NCBI GenBank assembly: GCA_963828195.1
Contig: CAWHDT010000001.1
Coordinates: 192,001-256,000 of the forward strand
From: Candidatus Bathyarchaeota archaeon
Lineage (GTDB): Archaea; Thermoproteota; Bathyarchaeia; Bathyarchaeales; Bathycorpusculaceae
Reading direction: 5' to 3'
Length of the DNA: 64,000 bases
The position numbers and the translations under genes are program-made. The notes under the pieces were generated by a model that searched no databases, was not told where the DNA came from, and saw only the letters and a list, made by a program, of their open reading frames with translations. Of the stretch, positions 31,472 to 42,449 are shown in pieces (the stretch's first letter is position 1; every line of letters starts with the position of its first letter).

Positions 31472-33896
31472 AGAGCAAGAACTGGTTTTATGGTTTGATG
31501 ATGTAAGAAAAGAAGATATTCCTGTTGTTGGCGGCAAAAACTCCAGCCTAGGCGAAATGATTAATGCCGGTTTGCCTGTTCCTCCAGGTTTTGCGGTAAC
31601 TGCGTATTCTTATGAAAGATATATTCAAGAAAAGCGAATAGCTGAGCAAATTTACAAAATTATAAAGGATACCGTTACCGACCTCAACGATCCAAAACAG
31701 TACGATGTTGCATCCAAGCTAATACGTGAACTTATGGAAAAGACACCGATGCCTAAAGACATTGAAACCGCCATAAGAACAGCCTACAAAGAGCTGAACC
31801 AACGGTTGGAGTTAAAGGATGTTTTCGTTGCGGTACGATCAAGCGCCACTGCCGAAGACTTGCCCGATGCATCCTTTGCGGGGCAACAGGAAACCTACCT
31901 AAACGTGAGAGGTCCTGATGATCTTATCCTTAAAGTGATAAAATGCTGGTCAAGCCTCTTTACACCCAGGGCAATCTTTTACCGAAACGAAAAAGGTTTT
32001 CCACACGAAAAAGTCTTCATAAGCGTCGGAGTCCAAAAAATGGTTAACTCTGGATGCGCAGGAGTCATGTTCACGATAAACCCTGTGACCGGAGACCAAA
32101 ATGAAATTGTAATTGAAGGCAACTACGGTTTAGGCGAAACAGTTGTGTCCGGCGCTGTTAACCCTGACGATTTTGTCATCGATAAGAGTACATTGAAGAT
32201 TAAGGAAAGAAGAATTTCGCGTAAAACAATCGAGTATATTCGCGATCCTAAGACAGGCAAAACTGTGCATTTAGAGGTGCCTGAAGATAAACAGAAAATA
32301 ACCTGCATGACGGATCAAGAAATCTTTACGCTTGCAGAACTCGCTACGCGAATTGAGAAGCATTATGGCAAACCCATGGATATTGAATGGGCAATTGACC
32401 AAGACCTATCTTATCCACAGAACATGTTCATAGTTCAAGCTAGACCAGAAACCGTTTGGAGTTCAAAAACAATGGAAGGTCCACTTAAAAGTGAAGAAAA
32501 TAATGCCCACGAACAGTTAAAAGTGGTAGTTAGAGGCATTTCAGCAGGAAGAAAAGGTTACGGAACAGGCAAAGCAACCGTTGTTCTAAATCCTGATGAC
32601 GCAAACAGAGACATGCATAAAGGAGATATTCTCGTAACAGGAATGACTGACCCTGACTTTGTTCCATTCATGAAAATGGCAAGCGCCATAGTGACGGATA
32701 AAGGCGGTGTCACATCGCATGCAGCCATCGTAAGCCGAGAACTCAGCATCCCCTGCATTGTAGGTACAGAAACAGCTACTCAAGTTATGAAAACAGGCAA
32801 AGAATACACCGTGGATTCAAGAAACGGCGTAGTTTACGAAGGCATAATTTCCCAAGCTGTTCAGCCGGCAGCAGCACCAAATGGATCAGCTATGGTTACG
32901 CCAGCTGCAGAAGCCGCTCCAGTGACAGCCACGAAAATCTACATGAATTTGGGCGTTCCAGAAAAAATTGAAGATTATAAAAATCTGCCTTTCGAAGGCA
33001 TAGGCTTAATGCGCATCGAATTCATACTGGCCAGCGCTATAGGTCAGCACCCGATGATGTTTGTCGATACAGGTGAGAGCCAAAAATTCGTAGACAAACT
33101 TGCCGATGGTGTTGCAACCGTTGCTCGAGCAATCCAGCCTCGACCAGTTGTAGTTCGTTTTAGCGACTTCAAAACCAACGAATACCGCGGCTTGAAAGGC
33201 GGAGAAAAATACGAAATAGTCGAGGAAAATCCTATGCTTGGTTGGAGAGGCGCTAGCCGCTACATTAGCAAATGGTATATCCAAGCTTTCCGTCTTGAAT
33301 GCCAAGCCATCCAAAAATGCCGTAAAGAATGGGGTCTCAAAAACGTCTATGTCATGCTTCCGATGATTCGCACTCTTTGGGAAGCCAAGAAAGCCCTTGA
33401 AATCATGAAAGAAGAAGGTTTAGAGCGTTCGCGGGACTTCAAAGTTTGGTTTATGGCTGAAACACCGGCAATAGGAATAATGGCTGACGAATTCTCTAAG
33501 CTTGTCAACGGCTTCTCTATTGGCTCAAATGACATGACTCAAGGCGTATTAATGATTGACCGCGACTCCGAACGCTTAGGACAAATGGGTTACTTCGATG
33601 AAAGAGACCCAGCCGTAAAAAGAATCATAGCACACCTCATCAAAGCTGCTCATGAAAACGGATGCTCCGTCTCAATCTGCGGTGAAGGGCCATCAAACCT
33701 TCCAGACTTCGCAGAATTCCTCGTAAGAGTTGGAATTGACAGTATATCCGTAAACAACGACGCTGTATTGGCTACAAGAAAGAATGTTGCCAGCATAGAG
33801 CAAAAGATAATTCTTGAACGGCTCGCTGAACAAGCTGCTTTGGCCCGTGGGCAACCGCTTAAAAAGCCAACTCAAGACTGGGAATGGCCTCGCTAA
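31425..33896 (+). CDS. ppsA: Phosphoenolpyruvate synthase
   Basis: VGGKNSSLGEM, RSSATAEDL..SFAGQQET, TSHAAIVSRE, ENPMLGWRG, FSIGSND; true start may be slightly downstream. Confidence 0.95.
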   Translation: MKLRRPNRRRSPLRVKEQELVLWFDDVRKEDIPVVGGKNSSLGEMINAGLPVPPGFAVTAYSYERYIQEKRIAEQIYKIIKDTVTDLNDPKQYDVASKLIRELMEKTPMPKDIETAIRTAYKELNQRLELKDVFVAVRSSATAEDLPDASFAGQQETYLNVRGPDDLILKVIKCWSSLFTPRAIFYRNEKGFPHEKVFISVGVQKMVNSGCAGVMFTINPVTGDQNEIVIEGNYGLGETVVSGAVNPDDFVIDKSTLKIKERRISRKTIEYIRDPKTGKTVHLEVPEDKQKITCMTDQEIFTLAELATRIEKHYGKPMDIEWAIDQDLSYPQNMFIVQARPETVWSSKTMEGPLKSEENNAHEQLKVVVRGISAGRKGYGTGKATVVLNPDDANRDMHKGDILVTGMTDPDFVPFMKMASAIVTDKGGVTSHAAIVSRELSIPCIVGTETATQVMKTGKEYTVDSRNGVVYEGIISQAVQPAAAPNGSAMVTPAAEAAPVTATKIYMNLGVPEKIEDYKNLPFEGIGLMRIEFILASAIGQHPMMFVDTGESQKFVDKLADGVATVARAIQPRPVVVRFSDFKTNEYRGLKGGEKYEIVEENPMLGWRGASRYISKWYIQAFRLECQAIQKCRKEWGLKNVYVMLPMIRTLWEAKKALEIMKEEGLERSRDFKVWFMAETPAIGIMADEFSKLVNGFSIGSNDMTQGVLMIDRDSERLGQMGYFDERDPAVKRIIAHLIKAAHENGCSVSICGEGPSNLPDFAEFLVRVGIDSISVNNDAVLATRKNVASIEQKIILERLAEQAALARGQPLKKPTQDWEWPR

Positions 33897-33979
33897 GCAT
33901 AAAAAAAGTCTCTATGCTATAGTGTTGCCATTTGCTTTCCTTATCTTTGATTTCTTTTTTCTTCGTCGGTGGCTAAAAT

Positions 33980-34981
33980 ATGAAAGGGTTTGATTTTGAA
34001 GAAGAAAGAATAAAACAAGAGATAAACAAACTTGGCGCCAAACGTGTTCTACTGCAACTGCCTGAAGGATTGAAACCTGAAGGTCCACGCTTAGCTAAAA
34101 TTATCGAGAAGTGTGGGGTGCTCCCAATAATTTCAGCTGACCCATGCTACGGAGCCTGCGACATAGCCGTTAATGAAGCGGAAAGTTTAGGCGTGGATTT
34201 GATTGTGCATTTTGGGCATTCAAAACTTGTAAAGCATGAGCAGATTCCAACAATCTACGTTGAAGCGAGAGCAACAGTGACAGTCGAGGAGGCTGTAAAA
34301 AAATCTTTACCGCTCTTGAGCAAATACGGTAAGATTGGTTTAGCTACTTCAGTGCAGCATTTCCAAGCGCTAAACCAAGCAAGAGAAATTTTAATCAGGG
34401 CTGAAAAAACAGTGATAATAGGCGACAGTGGGCAAATGGGTTATGCTGGGCAAGTCAGCGGCTGCAATTACAGCAACGTGAAGTCGATTGCTGACGAGGT
34501 TGACGCTTTCCTTTTTGTTGGCGGCGGAATGTTCCACGCTTTAGGCGTCGCTTTAAGCACTTCTAAACCCACCTTCATAGCTGACCCATACGATAACAGG
34601 GCTTTCTCAGTTAATGATGAAGCCCAAAAGATACTCAAGAAACGATGGGCATGCATAGAAGAGGCGCAAGGTGCTAAAGCTTTAGGCGTTCTTGTTGGTT
34701 TGAAACCGGGACAAAAACGGTTGGACCAAGCGTTAAACGTCAAAGCGTTAGCAGAGAAACATGGGAAAGCAGCTTATCTGATGGCTGCGAAAGAAATTAC
34801 TCCTGAAACACTTCTGGAATTTCCGTCAATCGATGCATACGTCAACACTGCATGCCCCCGCGTTTCTCTTGATGCGTCAGGAAAATTTTCAAAGCCTGTG
34901 TTAACTGTTAACGAGTTCATGGTGGCTTGTGGCGAATCTTCATGGGAGAATATGCTCAAAAAAGGATTATTCGAAAATTAG
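33980..34981 (+). CDS. dph2: Diphthamide biosynthesis enzyme Dph2
   Basis: LQLPEGL, CYGACD, HFGH, GC, TACPR. Confidence 0.94.
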   Translation: MKGFDFEEERIKQEINKLGAKRVLLQLPEGLKPEGPRLAKIIEKCGVLPIISADPCYGACDIAVNEAESLGVDLIVHFGHSKLVKHEQIPTIYVEARATVTVEEAVKKSLPLLSKYGKIGLATSVQHFQALNQAREILIRAEKTVIIGDSGQMGYAGQVSGCNYSNVKSIADEVDAFLFVGGGMFHALGVALSTSKPTFIADPYDNRAFSVNDEAQKILKKRWACIEEAQGAKALGVLVGLKPGQKRLDQALNVKALAEKHGKAAYLMAAKEITPETLLEFPSIDAYVNTACPRVSLDASGKFSKPVLTVNEFMVACGESSWENMLKKGLFEN

Positions 34982-35646
34982 ATTTAGAGCTGGTTCTCTC
35001 AAAAACTGCTCCTCAGCCTTTTCCTCAGGCGCAACTTGAACAGTACACTGTTTCCCCGTCGATTGCAGCAACCATGCTATACATTGCTGCTTATGCGAAC
35101 AACGACGTCGCTGGCAAAGAAGTGCTGGATTTAGGCTGCGGAACAGGTCGGCTAGCTTTAGGTGCCTCTTACCTCGGCGCTGACGACGTTGTGGGGGTTG
35201 ATGTCGATAGGTTAGCTATTAAAACTGCGGTTGAAAACTCTATGAAGGTCGGTTTAGCTGGAAATGTTCAATGGGTTATCGGCGATATTGAAGCCATCAC
35301 AGGCAGGTTTGATACAGTTTTGCAGAATCCGCCTTTTGGGGTGCAAACAAGGGAGGCTGACAGAGCGTTTTTAGTGAAAGCCTTAGATGTTGGAAATTGT
35401 GTTTACTCACTTCATAACCATCCCGAAACCGACAAGCAATTAATCAAGCAGCTTAAAGCAAGCAACGGATTTTTGCAGGTTACGCCTTCACCCTTTTTAG
35501 AAAAGCTAGTCAAGCAACATAATGGGTCGGTTAAAGCAGTTTATGCAATGCTCATGACTATCCCCAAAATGTTTGATTTTCACACAAAACTAAAGCATGA
35601 ATTTGTTGTTGACCTATATGTTGTCGAAAGAGGAAGAGGTGAATAA
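34927..35646 (+). CDS. METTL5-family methyltransferase
   Basis: LEQY, DLGCGTGRL, NPPFG, AD..F. Confidence 0.88.
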   Translation: MWRIFMGEYAQKRIIRKLDLELVLSKTAPQPFPQAQLEQYTVSPSIAATMLYIAAYANNDVAGKEVLDLGCGTGRLALGASYLGADDVVGVDVDRLAIKTAVENSMKVGLAGNVQWVIGDIEAITGRFDTVLQNPPFGVQTREADRAFLVKALDVGNCVYSLHNHPETDKQLIKQLKASNGFLQVTPSPFLEKLVKQHNGSVKAVYAMLMTIPKMFDFHTKLKHEFVVDLYVVERGRGE

Positions 35647-35777
35647 ATTTTTGCGCTTTTCCGGCAGGAATTAAATTTGTTTATTAATCAAAAGGTTTAT
35701 TGATGCGACTGAAAACTAAGCATATGCATTTATCAATCAGCGAATGTTTAGCTTATTTAACATAAAAGGTAACTGTC

Positions 35778-36359
35778 ATGAGTCTAAAATCACCTGAACA
35801 AAAAACTGGTCGTTTAGTGGTGCCTGGAGAACGCTTAGGCGTTATTGAAGAGTTTATTCCAGACTCCGGAACATACGTTAAAGACGGCGTTATATACTCC
35901 AAAATTGTTGGTCGTGCATTGCTTGACTTAATGAACAAACGTGTTTCCGTTTATCCACTTGTCAGCGGTGAACTTATCCCGAAGGTTTCAGAAACCGTTG
36001 TAGGGCAAATTGGCAACGCCCAATCTGATAATGTTTTGGTAAGAATCTTTAAAATAGGAAACAAAAGGCTCTCAGGCGAATTCAGCGGCATCTTGCACGT
36101 TTCTGATGTTTCAGATAGGTATGTTGATTTAATGAGTGACGTATGCAAACCCGGCGACATCGTAAGAGCCAAAGTAATCAGTGGAAAAAACCGTATCTTC
36201 CATCTATCAACCAACGACAGGAACTTAGGCATAATCTATGCTTTCTGTTCTCGATGCGGCAATTTGCTTGAACCTCAACGGTACGAGCTGCATTGTCCAA
36301 AATGCGGCAATACAGAAAATCGCAAAATGGCACCCGATTACGGAAAAGAACCGATATAA
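35778..36359 (+). CDS. csl4: Exosome subunit Csl4
   Basis: VPGERLG..EEF, S1 domain, C-terminal Zn ribbon, ENRK. Confidence 0.93.
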   Translation: MSLKSPEQKTGRLVVPGERLGVIEEFIPDSGTYVKDGVIYSKIVGRALLDLMNKRVSVYPLVSGELIPKVSETVVGQIGNAQSDNVLVRIFKIGNKRLSGEFSGILHVSDVSDRYVDLMSDVCKPGDIVRAKVISGKNRIFHLSTNDRNLGIIYAFCSRCGNLLEPQRYELHCPKCGNTENRKMAPDYGKEPI

Positions 36360-36378
36360 GAAAAAGGGGAACTGTTAA

Positions 36379-36660
36379 GTGAAAATCAATGTTCTAAAAA
36401 AAACAGAGAATGAGCTTAAAATAGAAATCGAAGGCGGCACTCATGGCATATGTAACTTGTTACAAAAGAGGCTTTTAGAGGATAAAACGGTGGATTTTGC
36501 AGGGTACGATGTTCCCCATCCTTTGGCTTCAAACCCAGTTATTTACGTTAGAATGAAGGGGAATGTTAAACCCGAAGCAGCCTTGATTAAGGCTGTTGAG
36601 AAAGTAAAAGAAGCAAATGACGCTTTTGGCAAAGAGCTAGATCGTGTTCTAAAAGCTTAG
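36379..36660 (+). CDS. rpo11: RNA polymerase subunit Rpo11 (L)
   Basis: IEGGTHGICNLL, FAGYDVPHPL. Confidence 0.93.
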   Translation: MKINVLKKTENELKIEIEGGTHGICNLLQKRLLEDKTVDFAGYDVPHPLASNPVIYVRMKGNVKPEAALIKAVEKVKEANDAFGKELDRVLKA

Positions 36661-36752
36661 TCCCTTTTGTTTTAAATTTAGCCTCAATTTTTAATCTTCC
36701 ATTATTAAAGTCAAGAAATAGTTTACTGAGTTTTATTTAAAAGCTTAGATGT

Positions 36753-37382
36753 GTGCTTTATAGCTTAGGGGAAAAGGTTTTGGAAGTTAAAGGATTTCGA
36801 GTGATTAAACCTGAAATCCGCGTGCTTGGTGTGGACGACGGAAAATTTGTTCCGCACACAGAAGGTGCTGCCATCGTTATAGGCGTTGTTTTCAGGGGAA
36901 GTTGTTGGGTTGAGGGTGTAATGCATACCCACGTTGCAATTGACGGCTTTGACGCTACTGAACAGCTTGCTTTAATGGTCAACAGTTCGCCTCATTGCAA
37001 ACAGTTGCGTTTAGTAATGCTAAACGGAATAACTTTTGCGGGTTTTAACGTCGTAGATATCAAAAAACTAAATTTGGCAACAAATCTTCCAGTTATTGCC
37101 TTAACGCGTGAAAAACCTGATTTAGAAGCCATTCATAAGGCAGTTAATATTTTGCCAAAAAGTGACGAGCGTTGGAAAATGATTCTTGAGGCAGGACAAA
37201 TCCATGAACTCTGTTGCCGTGGAAAGCAGATTTACATGGAGATTGACGGAATTTCACTTGCTGATGCCCAAGATATTGTCGAGTTGACTTCCATAAGAAG
37301 CAGTTTCCCCGAGCCTTTGCGTGTGGCACATCTAATTGCCTCTGGAGTCAGTCTTGATTGGCGGAAGTTGGAAAAGGTTTAA
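36753..37382 (+). CDS. DUF99 family (endonuclease V-like) protein
   Basis: LGVDDG, DGFDAT, GITFAGFN, PEPLRVAH. Confidence 0.88.
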   Translation: MLYSLGEKVLEVKGFRVIKPEIRVLGVDDGKFVPHTEGAAIVIGVVFRGSCWVEGVMHTHVAIDGFDATEQLALMVNSSPHCKQLRLVMLNGITFAGFNVVDIKKLNLATNLPVIALTREKPDLEAIHKAVNILPKSDERWKMILEAGQIHELCCRGKQIYMEIDGISLADAQDIVELTSIRSSFPEPLRVAHLIASGVSLDWRKLEKV

Positions 37383-37428
37383 ATGGTTCAATGCTAAGGG
37401 AATCAAAAACGGGTAGTGGATAAGGACT

Positions 37429-37782
37429 ATGGAATTTTGCCCTAAATGTGGTTCGCGTCTTGAGCCAAAGAAGTCGAAGAGCGGTAAAGATGCTTCTTTA
37501 GTTCTTGTGTGCCCAAAATGTGGGTATAAAAAGCCTGAAACGGGAGACGTTGAGCCAAAAGTGGCGTCGAAGGTTATCCAGCATAATCCTCAGCAATTTG
37601 TAGCTGTTATCGGTAAAGAAGAGCAGAAACTGAATACGTTGCCGACAGTTCGAATTGAGTGCCCAAGATGCGGAAACAAAACGGCTTATGTATGGCAAGT
37701 GCAGACTAGGGGCGCAGATGAATCTTCAACCCAGTTTCTACGCTGCACTAAATGTAATTATACTTTCAGAGAATACAGTTAA
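37429..37782 (+). CDS. tfs: Transcription factor S
   Basis: FCPKCG, CPRC, QTRGADE. Confidence 0.95.
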   Translation: MEFCPKCGSRLEPKKSKSGKDASLVLVCPKCGYKKPETGDVEPKVASKVIQHNPQQFVAVIGKEEQKLNTLPTVRIECPRCGNKTAYVWQVQTRGADESSTQFLRCTKCNYTFREYS

Positions 37783-37994
37783 ACCCTTTTTTTGCTCGAA
37801 TTCTTGAGCTGTCTTTACCTAGTTCAATAGTATTAGTTCATTTAATGTAAAGCGTCGCTTGATTCTAAACTCAAATTAATTTTATTTTTAGTTGCATATT
37901 TTGGTTTGAATGGGACAATTTATTTATTGGCTAAATGTTTAATCAAAAGCTATATAACTTCACAGTAATATGCATAAGCGAGGAAGAAATTACC

Positions 37995-38750
37995 ATGTTC
38001 AAGCTCAAAGTGTCTGACGCTAAACTCTTAAGAGACATGGCCACCGCCATCTCAATCCTTGTAGATGAAGCCACATTCAAAATTGAGCCTGAAGGCTTAA
38101 GGCTCCGCGCTATGGATCCGTCACGCGTTGCTATGATTGACTTTGAATGGCCAAAATCGATTTTTCAAGAGTATGTCTCAACAGAGCCAGCCAAAATATG
38201 CATTAACATAAGCGAATTGTTAAAGCTCCTCAAACGCGCTGGAAGAGATGAGGCAGTTGAGCTATCCCTGGATGACAAAACTGGACGATTACAGATAACC
38301 ATAACAGGCAAATATAGCCGAAACTTCACGATGCCCACTCTTGAAGCTTCAGAAGAAGAAGTTCCCACGCCAAAAATAACTTTTAACGTAAAAGCTAAAA
38401 CCACGACTCAGGGCTTAAGCCAAGCAATCGAAGACGCCCAACTAGTAAGCGACCATGTGCGAATTGAAGCTGAACCAGAAAAACTAACCCTGAGCGCTTC
38501 AGGAGACTTAATGGGAGCAACCATAACTCTTCAGAAAGGCAGCGATGCACTGCTTGATTTGGAAGTAAAAGAAAACGCCAAAGCAACATTTAGCCTAAGC
38601 TACTTATCTGAAATCATAAAAGCGGCATCAGCGACCTCAGACATTGCAACGCTTGAATTCTCAACCGATATGCCTGTGAAAATAGACTTCCAACAAACAA
38701 AAGAAGGAAAATTGACCTTCTTTTTGGCGCCAAGAATCGAAACAGAATAA
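37995..38750 (+). CDS. pcn: DNA sliding clamp PCNA
   Basis: AMDPSRVAM, FSLSYL, LAPRIE. Confidence 0.96.
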   Translation: MFKLKVSDAKLLRDMATAISILVDEATFKIEPEGLRLRAMDPSRVAMIDFEWPKSIFQEYVSTEPAKICINISELLKLLKRAGRDEAVELSLDDKTGRLQITITGKYSRNFTMPTLEASEEEVPTPKITFNVKAKTTTQGLSQAIEDAQLVSDHVRIEAEPEKLTLSASGDLMGATITLQKGSDALLDLEVKENAKATFSLSYLSEIIKAASATSDIATLEFSTDMPVKIDFQQTKEGKLTFFLAPRIETE

Positions 38751-38762
38751 CGAGATACTTAA

Positions 38763-39785
38763 ATGCAAAGAGCAAACGTGCGGTTTGAAGATACCGATTG
38801 CTCAAAATATCCTTTTTTAAAAAAAACAGCTGAGCGAGTTAGGGACACTCAGTTAACAATTGAAGAACTAGTAAGCTCTCAAAACCCCCAAGTTTTTGAC
38901 CGAGCTAAAGAAAGGGTAGAAAATGCAATATTAACTCTGGAACCTGGCAAAAGAAAAAAAGATAACATCGAGATTCCTTCTTTTCCAGGCGCGCTCGTAC
39001 TAGTTATCGCTACAAAAAATTCTTGGATTAAGAAAAGATATGCTCTGGCTGAAGCAAAAAATGCGTATTTAGAAATGGTTCAAGAGAAAAGTAATGAAAA
39101 AATATTGGCAATAGCACAAGATTTTGATTGGGTGATCAACGATGGAAAGCCCTACAAAGATTTTCGCGTCGGGTTTGCGTTTTACTTAAAAAATGCCGCC
39201 CATTTACATGGAGCTGAATGGAAGCTTGTCAACCAGATCATAGACAAGGGCACGGTTTATTTAAATAAAGATAAAGTCGCTCGTCTTCTTCAAGAGGAAG
39301 TAAAGAGAAGAATAGAAAAACGGCTCGATATTCCGGACCTCAAAAACCTGCCTGAAGATATTATTGTTATAGCTAACAATCTAACAAAAATGGCTCAAGA
39401 AATAGTGGGGCAAGAAATTGAGGAAATGCCTAAGACTGTTGTTCAAGGGGCTTTTCCGCCATGCATAAATGCGCTTTATGAGGATGCTTCAAAAAGTCAT
39501 CATCTTTCGCATATTGGCAGGTTCACCCTGACTTCTTTCCTTATAAACATAGGAATGTCTCCAGAAGCTCTAAATGAGCTGTTCAAGACTTTTTCAGACT
39601 ACAATGAAAGGTTAACACGCTATCAAATTGAGCATATTGCCGGCGAAAGAGGCTCTGGAACACAGTACACCCCCCCACAATGCTCAGTACTGCAAACGCA
39701 CGGCGTATGCAAAAACAGCGATGATTTGTGCCGCAGAATTTATCATCCACTCGCCTACTACAAGCGGAAACTGAAGCTTGCTTAG
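38763..39785 (+). CDS. priL: DNA primase large subunit
   Basis: KYPF, FPPCI, HIGRF, YQIEHI, Fe-S Cys pattern, HPLAYY. Confidence 0.93.
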   Translation: MQRANVRFEDTDCSKYPFLKKTAERVRDTQLTIEELVSSQNPQVFDRAKERVENAILTLEPGKRKKDNIEIPSFPGALVLVIATKNSWIKKRYALAEAKNAYLEMVQEKSNEKILAIAQDFDWVINDGKPYKDFRVGFAFYLKNAAHLHGAEWKLVNQIIDKGTVYLNKDKVARLLQEEVKRRIEKRLDIPDLKNLPEDIIVIANNLTKMAQEIVGQEIEEMPKTVVQGAFPPCINALYEDASKSHHLSHIGRFTLTSFLINIGMSPEALNELFKTFSDYNERLTRYQIEHIAGERGSGTQYTPPQCSVLQTHGVCKNSDDLCRRIYHPLAYYKRKLKLA

Positions 39786-39839
39786 TGTTTTTTTAGCTAA
39801 GATTTATTAGGTCACTGCTGTAAAATAGGGTAGAGTCAT

Positions 39840-40595
39840 ATGAATTATCAATTAATTGGCAATAATAATGTTGCTGGCTCCGAAATTGGGATAATTCTTC
39901 CCACTTATCGAGAAGCAGATAACATTTCTAAATTAATTGAGGATATTGAAGATTTAAAATTGGATGCTTCAATACTCGTCATCGATGATTCAAGCCCAGA
40001 TGAAACCGCAAAAATCGTGCAAGAAAAACAGAACAAATACAATAATATTCTTTTGTATATTAGACCCAAAAAAAGCGGTTTAGGCACGGCTATAACCGAC
40101 GGGTTCAAATTTTTTTTGTCCTCAAAACAAACACCAAAATATATTGTCACAATGGATGCTGATTACTCTCACAACCCTAAAGCTATCCCACAACTAATAT
40201 CCAGCATGTATATGGCTGATTATGGAATAGTGATTGGCAGCAGATACTGCAAAGGCGGCAACATAACCGGCTGGCCTTTCACTAGAAAAGTAATTAGTCA
40301 AACTGCCAATTTTGTCGCAAAGCTATCTCTTGGCTTAAAACCTCGCGACTGCACCAGCGGTTTTCGCTGCTACTCCACAAAGTTTCTGAGAGCAACAATC
40401 GGGAATTTACACAGCCACACTTATGAAATTCAAATAGAAACCATAAGGCAAGCTCTTTTGAGAAATTTCAAAGTAAAAGAAACCCCCATTTTATTTGTTA
40501 ACAGAAAACGAGGGAAATCCAAACTCTCATTGACTGAAGTCAAAAGCTACATAACATATACGTTAAAAGCAATCACGGTTCATAACCTTGGTTAG
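39840..40595 (+). CDS. Polyprenol-phosphate mannose synthase-like GT2 glycosyltransferase
   Basis: ILPTYRE, DDSSPDET, GLG, MDADYSH, GSRY, DCTSGFR. Confidence 0.88.
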   Translation: MNYQLIGNNNVAGSEIGIILPTYREADNISKLIEDIEDLKLDASILVIDDSSPDETAKIVQEKQNKYNNILLYIRPKKSGLGTAITDGFKFFLSSKQTPKYIVTMDADYSHNPKAIPQLISSMYMADYGIVIGSRYCKGGNITGWPFTRKVISQTANFVAKLSLGLKPRDCTSGFRCYSTKFLRATIGNLHSHTYEIQIETIRQALLRNFKVKETPILFVNRKRGKSKLSLTEVKSYITYTLKAITVHNLG

Positions 40596-40648
40596 CCCAA
40601 CACTTATTTTAGTCAACTGCAGAATTAAATATCCCTGGTTGCTTTCGC

Positions 40649-42337
40649 TTGAAGAACGCCGCACTTATGAAACGCCCCACCAATAAGGTCCTTTTGTTTA
40701 TAGTCATAACCATTCTAGTTCTTAGTATAGTCCTTGCAACCATCAGCTTATTTCCGACAGATTCAAGTAATCAGCCGCATGTTCTTGTTAACGATACTTT
40801 TCTGTTAAGCCCAAACGAAACATACCGAGAGAGTTTGGGGTCTTTTCGCGGCGGAGAAAATGTTTCAATTTCAATAGAGTCCCCAACCGCTTTCGAGAAA
40901 AACTTTTCGATTGTTTTTCCCACCAGACCCTATTTTTTCATAATTAATAGCAGTATTGCTTACTCTGTTTCGACACAATCAAACATTACCTACACCTTTG
41001 TCGTTTCGCAAGCTAACTACTATGAAGCGGTTTTTGTCTCTGAATCACCAAACGCCGGCACAATTCATTTCCAAGCATTTGCCCAAGAACCAAACAGTAA
41101 TTTCCCATATTCATGGCTAAACGAGCCTTCAAAAATAATGTTCCTGATAAGTTTAGCTCTAACGTTGCTTGTAATGTTACAACTGGTATCATCCTCAACT
41201 AAAATCAAGGCGAATACTCTCAGCTTGCCCTCTCTTAGCAAGAGAAACTGCCGATACCTCTTAATTCTGCTTTTACTGGGCTTGATTATTTGGCTTTTTC
41301 TTTTGGCAATAAACTCTAATCCACTCGCAACACTCGAAAACTGGTACACCGATAATGCCCGAGACACTTACGTTTCCAGTTTGTTTCTTAAAGATGGCTT
41401 TTCGGTTTTTAATCAACCCCTAGGCAAGCTATCAAACCTGGATAATTCTTACTACAAGTTTGTAACATGGCCAGAAATGCCGCATCTATACCCGTTAGGC
41501 AGCATTTTCTTGTTCTTGCCATTCGGTGTTCTTATCCAAAAAGGTTTCGACCCCTCTTTGATTTACAAAACTGAAATAGCAATATTTCTGGTATTTGCCA
41601 CTGTTTGCGTTTACTTTTTCCTTAAAAATTTCCTGCAAAAGGACATGGCTTTAATCCTCAAACTTTTAGGAGTTTACATAATTTATGTTAGCTTAGTGGT
41701 TTACGCTGCCGACGGAATGTTTGATTCAGTTGCCTTCCTGTTTTCTCTATTTGCAATATACATGTTTATGACGAAGCGCTACGATTATTTCTTTTTGCTT
41801 ATCGCCGTTTCTGTATTTTTTAAGTATCAAGCAGGCATTTTCCTTTTGCCCCTAATCGTTGTAGGTTTAATCAAACTTTTCCAAACAAACAAGTTAAGCG
41901 ATTTACTGCGAAATAAAGCTGTAATCGCCGGCACCATCTTTGGGTTCGCCAGCGTCTTCACCGCTTATTTAAGCGCGCCATACTTCCTTGCAGCTGGACC
42001 ACAGTTAATAATGAACGGCATCAACGCTTTTTCATCCAATACACAAATTTCTTGGGGGCTCCAATCCTTCTTAGTTTTGCTTATACTGGCGGTTACTTTG
42101 GCTTACGCATTTTACATGCTAAATAGGAACAGTTTGCTTTCCCTGTCGGCGCTTTTTCTTCTCCTGCCCAGTTTTATGCTGCCTTACTTCCAAAATTGGT
42201 ACCTTCCCTTCATCTTTGTATACGTTCTGATTCCTCAACAGAAAAAAGAGTTGGAGATCACCGCAATCTGGTTAATGTTTATCATTTTCATGCTCGCTTT
42301 CAGTGCATCATTCTTTAATTTACTGCTGGGTCTTTAA
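40649..42337 (+). CDS. Multi-pass membrane protein, possible GT-C glycosyltransferase
   Basis: Many TM segments; acidic loop WYTDNARD and YPLG, GMFD, K-Y-Q and QNWY motifs typical of GT-C-like proteins. Confidence 0.6.
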   Translation: MKNAALMKRPTNKVLLFIVITILVLSIVLATISLFPTDSSNQPHVLVNDTFLLSPNETYRESLGSFRGGENVSISIESPTAFEKNFSIVFPTRPYFFIINSSIAYSVSTQSNITYTFVVSQANYYEAVFVSESPNAGTIHFQAFAQEPNSNFPYSWLNEPSKIMFLISLALTLLVMLQLVSSSTKIKANTLSLPSLSKRNCRYLLILLLLGLIIWLFLLAINSNPLATLENWYTDNARDTYVSSLFLKDGFSVFNQPLGKLSNLDNSYYKFVTWPEMPHLYPLGSIFLFLPFGVLIQKGFDPSLIYKTEIAIFLVFATVCVYFFLKNFLQKDMALILKLLGVYIIYVSLVVYAADGMFDSVAFLFSLFAIYMFMTKRYDYFFLLIAVSVFFKYQAGIFLLPLIVVGLIKLFQTNKLSDLLRNKAVIAGTIFGFASVFTAYLSAPYFLAAGPQLIMNGINAFSSNTQISWGLQSFLVLLILAVTLAYAFYMLNRNSLLSLSALFLLLPSFMLPYFQNWYLPFIFVYVLIPQQKKELEITAIWLMFIIFMLAFSASFFNLLLGL

Positions 42338-42449
42338 ATCGCCTGAAGTTTGATTAAACCCTGAAAATACGCAATTTCGCTTATGGGGCGGTATACAGAT
42401 AAATTTGGGAAGAGTAATCATTATAATCACTTTCAAATGCGGTGGGGAC